A stretch of DNA of 64,000 nt, taken from positions 383,877 to 447,876 of the forward strand of contig CAZSUV010000001.1 in the NCBI GenBank assembly GCA_964610125.1, written 5' to 3'. Source of the stretch: an uncultured Candidatus Saccharibacteria bacterium. GTDB lineage: Bacteria; Patescibacteriota; Dojkabacteria; SC72. Made by a program: the position numbers and the translations under genes. The stretch's first letter is position 1. Every line of letters begins with the position of its first letter. This document shows positions 57,191 through 64,000 of this stretch, piece by piece. The notes beneath the pieces are model-generated. The model had not been told where the DNA came from. It worked only from the letters and a program-made list of their open reading frames with translations, and ran no database searches.

Positions 57191-57574
57191 ATGGACGATA
57201 ATCTTCATGAACCCCTTCCTACTGATATTCAATCAAGCACACCTCAGACATTAGAATTTACAGGATCAATTGAACAAGAGACATTTGACAACTATGCCGA
57301 TCAGCTTAACAAGGATGCAAGAGAAGCTGGTATTTCTCCAATTCAACAGATATTCTTAAATATACATGTCAATGCAATATATGGTAGCAGTATGCAAGAC
57401 ACAGGAGGCTCACTAACTGGTATATTTAAAGCCATTGTTGGTTTAACCGGAATAAAAGATCTGACTCTGGCAAATGGATCAAAGATCGTAATGGGAAATG
57501 TCTCAGATACTGGACAAACAGTGGGAGATGGATCAGCTAAACAATTTAGATTGCCACATATTATCAAAGCATAG
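57191..57574 (+). CDS. Hypothetical protein
   Basis: 127 aa, Gly/Thr-rich C-terminal half. No recognisable motif. Confidence 0.3.
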   Translation: MDDNLHEPLPTDIQSSTPQTLEFTGSIEQETFDNYADQLNKDAREAGISPIQQIFLNIHVNAIYGSSMQDTGGSLTGIFKAIVGLTGIKDLTLANGSKIVMGNVSDTGQTVGDGSAKQFRLPHIIKA

Positions 57575-57577
57575 ACG

Positions 57578-58006
57578 ATGAATATATACTTTGCAGGTTC
57601 AATCCGTGGAGGAAGAGAGGATGTAAAAATATATCAGGATATTGTTGCATTTCTAAAAACTAAGGGAACTGTCTTAACCGAACACATAACACTAGATTCT
57701 ATCCATGATATGGGCGAGGATGATAAAACAGAAGAGTTCATATACAAACGAGATATCGATTGGCTTAATCAATCAGACATTGTTATTGCAGAAGTCACAC
57801 AGCCAAGTTTAGGAGTAGGTTATGAACTAGCCTACGCCGAAAGTAAAAAAATCCCCGTTATTTGTCTCTTTCGAGAGAATTCTGGAAATCATCTTTCTGC
57901 AATGATCAAAGGTGATTCATATTTCAAAGTAATAAAATATACTGATATCGAGGTAGTTCTAAAGGATCTTTCCATCCATATGCCTATGCTTCAAGAAATG
58001 GTATAA
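57578..58006 (+). CDS. DNPH1/Rcl-like 2'-deoxynucleoside 5'-phosphate N-hydrolase (nucleoside 2-deoxyribosyltransferase superfamily)
   Basis: MNIYFAGSIRGGRED matches the DNPH1 signature. 142 aa. Confidence 0.5.
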   Translation: MNIYFAGSIRGGREDVKIYQDIVAFLKTKGTVLTEHITLDSIHDMGEDDKTEEFIYKRDIDWLNQSDIVIAEVTQPSLGVGYELAYAESKKIPVICLFRENSGNHLSAMIKGDSYFKVIKYTDIEVVLKDLSIHMPMLQEMV

Positions 58007-58033
58007 TACAGCCATAACCTCCTCAATACTAAT

Positions 58034-58909
58034 ATGATTAATCGCACTGTCCTAGCCGTAGGTATTAATACTCCTGTTGAGGAAAAAATCATCATACAAG
58101 AAAAATTAAAACTAAAAGATATTACCCTAGAGACGGCATCAATTAAGGACATAGTGTTTGAAATAGTAGATGGAATCATAACAGTAAATATCAAAGGAAA
58201 AGATCTTAAACAGTATGACTATGTTTGGATACAGTCTGGATGGAATACAACCCATATGGCATATCTTTTACATCTGTATCTCAAATCACAGCATATTCCA
58301 CATAACAAGACTAATTCACATAACACAAAACTGTCAGATATTTTTACTTTGGCTTACAAAGGGGTATTAGTACCTAATACATATTTCCATAATGGATTGA
58401 ATGTGACTAAAGAAAATATTACTGAGATAGCTGATGTTTGTAAGTTACCATGTATATATAAAACTTCACTTGGTTCATTAGGTTGTAATGTGTTTTTAAT
58501 AGATAAGGAAGAAGAGATTAAGCAGACGATTAAAGATAATGGGAAATATAATAGGTATATATTTCAACAATATATTCCTAATGATTTTGATTACAGAGTA
58601 GTTATAGCTAATGGTAAATCTACTTCGGTATGTAAGCGAACTAGGATAACAGACAAGTTTAGAAATAATGTAGCTCTAGGAGCTAGTGAGGACTTTATAC
58701 ATATCAAGAATGTTCCAACTGAAGTTATAGCTATTGCTATTAAATCTGCTAATGCCTTGAAATTGAAATGGGCTGGGGTCGATGTGGTTACAGATAAGGA
58801 TACGGGAGAAAACTATATATTGGAGGTAAATAGAAGACCTGGACTAACAGAAAAGTCTACTGAGATATCAGCGGCATATAAATATATAAAAGGATTGGTA
58901 GGGAGATAG
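58034..58909 (+). CDS. RimK-like ATP-grasp ligase
   Basis: ATP-grasp C-terminal pattern (YRVVIANGKS...GASEDF...WAGVDVVTDKDTGENYILEVNRRPGL). Confidence 0.6.
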   Translation: MINRTVLAVGINTPVEEKIIIQEKLKLKDITLETASIKDIVFEIVDGIITVNIKGKDLKQYDYVWIQSGWNTTHMAYLLHLYLKSQHIPHNKTNSHNTKLSDIFTLAYKGVLVPNTYFHNGLNVTKENITEIADVCKLPCIYKTSLGSLGCNVFLIDKEEEIKQTIKDNGKYNRYIFQQYIPNDFDYRVVIANGKSTSVCKRTRITDKFRNNVALGASEDFIHIKNVPTEVIAIAIKSANALKLKWAGVDVVTDKDTGENYILEVNRRPGLTEKSTEISAAYKYIKGLVGR

Positions 58910-58911
58910 TT

Positions 58912-60120
58912 TTATCTATCTATAAACGTCAACGCATAACCCTTCTTACCAGCTCTACCTGTTCTACCAATCCTATGAATGTAATCTTCATAACACTCTG
59001 GTTCATCGTAGTTAATAACATGGGTAATGTTGTTTACATCTAACCCTCTTGAAGCTACATCAGTAGCAATAAGGATATTAAAATCACCTCTCTTAAATCC
59101 ATCGATAATTCTAGTTCTTTGTGATTGTCGCTTGTCACCATGTAAGGCATCTACATTTAACTTTTGGTTGTAAAGATAGTCAGATAGCTTGTCTGCATTT
59201 CGCTTAGTTCTAGTAAATATCAATACTCTTTTAAATTCTTCCTTAGAAAGTAAATCTAAAAGAACTTCTTCTTTTCTCTTACTTCCATCAACTCTAATAA
59301 CATCCTGATCCACATTATGCTGAGGAGATTGAGATTCAATCTCAACCTTAACAGGATTCTTTAGCAAGGAGTTAGCAATTGCTTCTGCCTTAAATGACAT
59401 AGTTGCTGAGAAGAATAGGGATTGTCTGTTAGGATCAAGCTTGTCTATGATATATCTAATATCATCTATAAATCCCATATCCAACATTCTATCTACTTCA
59501 TCAAGGATTACATTGTTTACTTCACCTAAATTTACACCTCGTCTGTCAAAGATATCTTTTAATCTCCCTGGTGTAGCTATGATGAAATGTGGTCTTTTGT
59601 CTAAGATATACATCTGATCCCTAATACTCTTACCACCAATAATTAATACAGATTTAAGGTTAGTACCTTTAGCTAATTCTCTGAATTCATCTTGTATTTG
59701 GCTACCCAGTTCTCTGGTAGGGACAACTATTAAGCATGTCTGTGTACCATCGTTTAAAAATTTGTTTATCATCGGTAACAAAAATGCTGCTGTCTTACCA
59801 GAACCTGTGCTTGCTATACCAAGAATATCTTTTCCAGCCATAATAGCAGGAATAGCTTCATTCTGAATCTTAGTAGGGATTGTGTATCTTTTACTTAGAA
59901 TATTCTTCTGAAGTATTGGATCTAAATTAAAGTCGTTAAAAAGGGCATCTGTAACATATATGTTAGATGTCTCAGTTTCAATAGCTTTCGCTATGTATTG
60001 ATTTGTACTTATACCAGAACTTTTTCTAGTATTTCTTCCGTAACTTCTTCTTGGGGAAAATCGATTTGTACGACTAGGCCCGTATGATCTATACCTGTTT
60101 TCCATAACAGTGATTAACAT
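58912..60120 (-). CDS. DEAD-box ATP-dependent RNA helicase with Arg/Ser/Gly-rich N-terminal tail
   Basis: Q-motif, motif I ASTGSGKTAAF, Ia PTRELGSQ, II DEVD, III SAT, VI HRIGRTGRAG. Confidence 0.9.
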   Translation of the reverse strand: MLITVMENRYRSYGPSRTNRFSPRRSYGRNTRKSSGISTNQYIAKAIETETSNIYVTDALFNDFNLDPILQKNILSKRYTIPTKIQNEAIPAIMAGKDILGIASTGSGKTAAFLLPMINKFLNDGTQTCLIVVPTRELGSQIQDEFRELAKGTNLKSVLIIGGKSIRDQMYILDKRPHFIIATPGRLKDIFDRRGVNLGEVNNVILDEVDRMLDMGFIDDIRYIIDKLDPNRQSLFFSATMSFKAEAIANSLLKNPVKVEIESQSPQHNVDQDVIRVDGSKRKEEVLLDLLSKEEFKRVLIFTRTKRNADKLSDYLYNQKLNVDALHGDKRQSQRTRIIDGFKRGDFNILIATDVASRGLDVNNITHVINYDEPECYEDYIHRIGRTGRAGKKGYALTFIDR

Positions 60121-60324
60121 TAATTTTAGTTTTCAGTTTATATAGATAAACCGAAAATAAAATATTGTTAACCTCATAAGGTCTCATTAATTTCGCTTAC
60201 ATCTACATCAAACAGCGTAGATAATACCACAAAGAATAAAAAATTGATACAGGGATGTAATTTATGTTCATGTAGCCCAGCAAATGTTATATATTTGCCG
60301 GGCTACCGTGCTCATTTTTGTGTA

Positions 60325-60642
60325 CTAAGGAAGTGGGTATGGATCAGGATCTTCCGTAATGTTATAGATTTTGTCGCATAATGCGGCCAAAATTGTCTCA
60401 TCCGGAATCCCAACAGGAAAATGGATATCATCTCGACGGCGATCTTCCTTTTTATTTGTTTCCAGAAGATATGTACCTTCGAGCTTCAATGCATTTAATT
60501 CCTTCTTTTCCTTTGTTCCCACAGCTACAGAGTGTTTCTCTGGGTATAAATGGACTTGGCCCACCCATAACCGTTTTCCGTTCACATCAAAGATCATTAA
60601 CTTGATTGGATCGTACATTGAAACCTCCTCATATACCAACAA
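60325..60642 (-). CDS. Hypothetical small protein
   Basis: 105 aa with balanced composition. Preferred over the overlapping, Ser/Phe-rich + strand extension. Confidence 0.35.
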   Translation of the reverse strand: MLVYEEVSMYDPIKLMIFDVNGKRLWVGQVHLYPEKHSVAVGTKEKKELNALKLEGTYLLETNKKEDRRRDDIHFPVGIPDETILAALCDKIYNITEDPDPYPLP

Positions 60643-60727
60643 GAATGAACAACAAAGGGATTATATCATTACAAGCCCTCGAAATAACATAGATGCTTCC
60701 TTGTTCTTTCTGATATATAATAAAGAT

Positions 60728-61777
60728 ATGAAAAAGAAATGGATTATTATCTTTGCCATATCATTACCCATCTTAGTATTCCTCATAACCTTCGCATTAT
60801 TTGAACTTTCAAAACGATATCTTGCTAACAAAATTAACTGTTTAGACCAACAAACACTAAATATTCCCTCAGATATATCCCCCTTAACTCAAGACCTATG
60901 CCTTGTAGAATATTCAACTGCAAAGAATAGTATCCATATGGAATTTAAATTAAACAACGATTTCCAATCAAAGTTAGTCACCGAAGAATGGACCCAATCA
61001 GACAGTGATACCTACAAAAAAGGAAAGTACAGTCTAAACCTCTCAGGTACCGTTATCTCCATAGTTGAAGAAACAACTGAAGTAGGAGCTATAAAGGAAA
61101 ATGACACTTCCATACCAGAGCTTGTGCATACAGCTGAAGTCATACGCCCAGGCTACCAAGTAACATCAAAGGAGATATCAAGAATAAATACCACAAACAA
61201 AGTAGTTGTATTTACATTTGATGGAGGGTCTGGAATTCAATCAATGGATTCCATACTTAGTACATTAGCAAAATACAATTTAACAAGTACGTTCTTCTTA
61301 ACAGGTAAATGGGCTGAAGCTAATGTAAATGATGTAAAACGTATAAATAATGCAGGACATGAAATATTCAATCATTCATATTCACACCCAGACTTCGCTA
61401 CCATTTCTGATACACAGATAGCAGAAGAATTTTCCAAAACAGATGCCATTATTAGTGATATAACAGGATATCATACGAAACCATTCTTTAGACCACCATA
61501 TGGATCTAGAAATACACATATACGAGAGTATGCAGCTTCTCTGGGCTACCAAGATGTATATTGGACTATAGATGCTCTAGATTGGAAAGAATCCACAGGA
61601 ACCACTGCAGAGACTGTAAAAAGTAGGATATTGGATAACCTCGCGCCCGGCAATATCTACCTTATGCATATTGGAGACAATCTAACAGGGCAAGTGTTAG
61701 ATGAAGTAATACAGGAAATACAGAATAGAGGATATACAATAATGAGCCTGTATCAAGCAATCACTTTATATCCATAA
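60728..61777 (+). CDS. Polysaccharide deacetylase (CE4/NodB domain) with N-terminal TM anchor
   Basis: Start at internal Met (MKKKWIIIFAISLPILVFL). NodB motifs FTFDGG, HSYSHP, RPPYG, LMH. Confidence 0.75.
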   Translation: MKKKWIIIFAISLPILVFLITFALFELSKRYLANKINCLDQQTLNIPSDISPLTQDLCLVEYSTAKNSIHMEFKLNNDFQSKLVTEEWTQSDSDTYKKGKYSLNLSGTVISIVEETTEVGAIKENDTSIPELVHTAEVIRPGYQVTSKEISRINTTNKVVVFTFDGGSGIQSMDSILSTLAKYNLTSTFFLTGKWAEANVNDVKRINNAGHEIFNHSYSHPDFATISDTQIAEEFSKTDAIISDITGYHTKPFFRPPYGSRNTHIREYAASLGYQDVYWTIDALDWKESTGTTAETVKSRILDNLAPGNIYLMHIGDNLTGQVLDEVIQEIQNRGYTIMSLYQAITLYP

Positions 61778-61841
61778 TCATCCATTGCATCACTTCACTT
61801 AATTATATATATTTTAATATATTAAATTTATCTTCTGTCCT

Positions 61842-62603
61842 ATGGATAAATACAAAAACCTCCGTATATTTAACATAGTAATGGGATTCTTCCACTTTGT
61901 ACAAGGAATACTCATGGTAGTACTAAGTAATGACTTCACATTACCAATCAATACAAGCTACCTAAAGTTTGATGTAACAACCCTTACACTACAACCATCC
62001 CTAAACCATATATATGATCTAAAGGTAGGGTATGCAATTGCAGCATTCCTCTTCCTTTCATCATTAGCACATTTCATCATCTCCCTTCCTAGGGTATATG
62101 AATGGTATGTAGCAAACCTAAAGAAGGGTATTAACTATGCTAGATGGATAGAATATGCATTTAGTTCATCCATAATGATTGTTGTAGTATCAATGTTAGT
62201 AGGGGTATATGATTTTAGTACGCTCTTGTTGATCTTCTTCCTCAATGCAATGATGATTCTCTTTGGAATGGTTATGGAAATACACAATCAAACAACAACC
62301 AAAACAAACTGGATATCATTCATCTTTGGATGTATAGCAGGAATAGTTCCATGGGTAGTAGTAGCATTGTACCTCTTTGGTTCTGGAGATGCAGATAACA
62401 AAGCTCCAACCTTTGTATATTGGATCTTCTTTAGTATATTCCTCTTCTTTAATACATTTGCAGGTAACATGATCCTACAATATGGAAAGATTGGAAAATG
62501 GAAGAACTATACATTTGGAGAAAAAGTATATGTCATCTTAAGCTTAGTAGCTAAATCATTACTTGCATGGCAGGTATTTGCTGGAACACTAAGACCTGTA
62601 TAG
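61842..62603 (+). CDS. Heliorhodopsin
   Basis: 253 aa, 7 TM helices. LSNDFTLP, ARWIEYAFSSSIMIV (counterion Glu), FGCIAGIVPW and YVILSLVAKSLLAWQVFAGTL (Schiff-base Lys) match heliorhodopsin signatures as I recall them. Confidence 0.8.
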   Translation: MDKYKNLRIFNIVMGFFHFVQGILMVVLSNDFTLPINTSYLKFDVTTLTLQPSLNHIYDLKVGYAIAAFLFLSSLAHFIISLPRVYEWYVANLKKGINYARWIEYAFSSSIMIVVVSMLVGVYDFSTLLLIFFLNAMMILFGMVMEIHNQTTTKTNWISFIFGCIAGIVPWVVVALYLFGSGDADNKAPTFVYWIFFSIFLFFNTFAGNMILQYGKIGKWKNYTFGEKVYVILSLVAKSLLAWQVFAGTLRPV

Positions 62604-62614
62604 AATAGAGAAAT

Positions 62615-63886
62615 ATGTCAAAAAATAAAAGAATACTAGATTTAATACCAAAACAGTTCTCGCGTAATACTTTTGTATATTTTTTGATACCTCTCTTTTT
62701 AATACTCCTTGGGGATGGAATAGTTGCCTATATATTTCCATTAATCCTAGGAAATCATATAAGCTCCAATTTAGTAATTGGATTGATTATGTCGGCTTCT
62801 TCTGTAATTGGAATCGCCTGTGATTTTCTAATTCCATTAGTATTCCCCAAATATGGTTGGAAATTTCAACTTATCACTGGAATTATTCTAGCCCTAACAT
62901 TTCCATTAACCACAGCCATTGGAGATACATTTTCAATCGTATGGATGTTCTTAATAGCATCACTCTTGTGGGGTATTTACTATGAATTTATAATGTTTGC
63001 TCAACAGAGTTTCATTGTAGAAGAAGAAAATCAGAAACACTATTCTCATGATTGGAGTATCGTAGAGATTTTAACCAATATCGTAGAAGTTTCTGCACCA
63101 ATCATTGGTGCCTTCATTTTAATACGAGGAATAGTTGCATATACATCGACCACATTAGTTATTGAGATTCTAGCTCTCATATTTGCAGTTCTTTTAGTCA
63201 TAGTAAAACGAGATGTTAAAACACAAAGACCAAAGAGCCAGATTAAGGAATATATTAGCTTCTTTAGAGAGTTAAAATCTTGGAAGATACTTTCAAAAAA
63301 GGTATATATCATACTAATAATGGCTGTGATAGTGGAAATAGTTTCCGCTGGCTTCTTAACATTCGCAGGATTGTATGGAGAACAGTTGATAGCCAATCCC
63401 GATTGGAATTGGGTATTAATCACGTTAGCAACTATTCCATACATGTTTGGATCACTCATTATCTATAGATTAAATCTAAAGAAAGGAAAGAAAAGGCTTT
63501 CGCAACTTTCAATCTTGGCTTCAGGAATTGTCCTTTCGTTGCTCTTCTTTTTTGGAGGCAAACTCATTCCAATATTGATAATAATTTTCATCTCAAATCT
63601 CATAATGTCTTTGTGTTGGCCATTAGATGATGCAATATTCAGTGATTTACAAAAACGATTAGGAAAACACGGCCTACATCTAATTGGATTATCCCAAGCA
63701 AGCTATTCCATAGCATATATTGTTGCACCTACATTAATGGGATTCTTTGCGGATAGGGTGGGATACAATAATTCATTTGCAATAATTGGAGTAATAGCAG
63801 CAGTAATTGGCTTGATTCTTTTAATTATAACCCCCAGAAAGTTAAGAATGCCTCACAAAGAATTAGATAATATAGTTACTTCTTAA
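62615..63886 (+). CDS. MFS-like polytopic membrane transporter (tentative)
   Basis: 423 aa with about 12 predicted TM helices in two halves separated by a basic loop (KRDVKTQRPKSQIKEY). Confidence 0.45.
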   Translation: MSKNKRILDLIPKQFSRNTFVYFLIPLFLILLGDGIVAYIFPLILGNHISSNLVIGLIMSASSVIGIACDFLIPLVFPKYGWKFQLITGIILALTFPLTTAIGDTFSIVWMFLIASLLWGIYYEFIMFAQQSFIVEEENQKHYSHDWSIVEILTNIVEVSAPIIGAFILIRGIVAYTSTTLVIEILALIFAVLLVIVKRDVKTQRPKSQIKEYISFFRELKSWKILSKKVYIILIMAVIVEIVSAGFLTFAGLYGEQLIANPDWNWVLITLATIPYMFGSLIIYRLNLKKGKKRLSQLSILASGIVLSLLFFFGGKLIPILIIIFISNLIMSLCWPLDDAIFSDLQKRLGKHGLHLIGLSQASYSIAYIVAPTLMGFFADRVGYNNSFAIIGVIAAVIGLILLIITPRKLRMPHKELDNIVTS

Positions 63887-64000
63887 GGATTATGAATTCT
63901 CCATCATATATTGATTGACTTTGGGTATATCCTAAGTCTATAAATTTCTGAACTTCATAATTTGGTACAATTAATATATCCCCCTCCTGTATATCCTTCA

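Noticed and set aside
60371-60727. N-terminal 119-aa extension of the polysaccharide deacetylase ORF
   Set aside because: The extension is Ser/Phe-rich low-complexity sequence that overlaps a more protein-like minus-strand ORF. A Met followed by a TM helix occurs at 60728, and the deacetylase domain starts after that.
1-64000. CRISPR arrays, rRNA genes, transposases, integrases
   Set aside because: No regularly spaced direct repeats, no rRNA-like conserved stretches and no recombinase motifs were seen on either strand.

Overview
This is an AT-rich bacterial chromosome segment carrying about 60 protein genes and 2 tRNAs. I found no rRNA, CRISPR array, transposase or integrase.

Lineage (inference only): the gene set fits a small-genome, fermentative, monoderm-type bacterium, possibly a CPR/Patescibacteria-like lineage. 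Supporting genes are class III anaerobic ribonucleotide reductase with NrdR, a two-subunit 2-oxoacid:ferredoxin oxidoreductase, an ADP-forming acetyl-CoA synthetase, an H-domain-only [FeFe]-hydrogenase-like protein, peptidoglycan genes (FemAB family, a MurE-like ligase, a polysaccharide deacetylase), a K-rich histone-H1-like protein and a heliorhodopsin.

The most unusual locus lies at about 20.7-32.8 kb. A secreted thioredoxin-CcdA/DsbD fusion protein is followed by two tandem, diverged copies of a translationally coupled two-gene module: a ~400-aa N-terminally anchored Cys-containing protein and a ~920-aa secreted protein whose N-terminal ~150 residues are extremely Cys/Ser/Thr-rich. A DEDDh exonuclease and another membrane-anchored Cys-containing protein follow. 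I propose this as a candidate disulfide-dependent, rapidly duplicating cell-surface (adhesin or envelope) system.

Other notable items:
- a heliorhodopsin gene at 61.8 kb
- an [FeFe]-hydrogenase-like H-domain protein with a Ser at the proton-relay Cys position
- candidate LexA and NrdR operators
- two copies of a ~75-bp intergenic repeat
- several GC-enriched, hairpin-dense intergenic regions that may encode ncRNAs
- a tRNA-His-adjacent block of lineage-specific genes with an internal paralog pair

All calls rest on reading the translations and sequence by eye. No database searches or structure predictions were possible.
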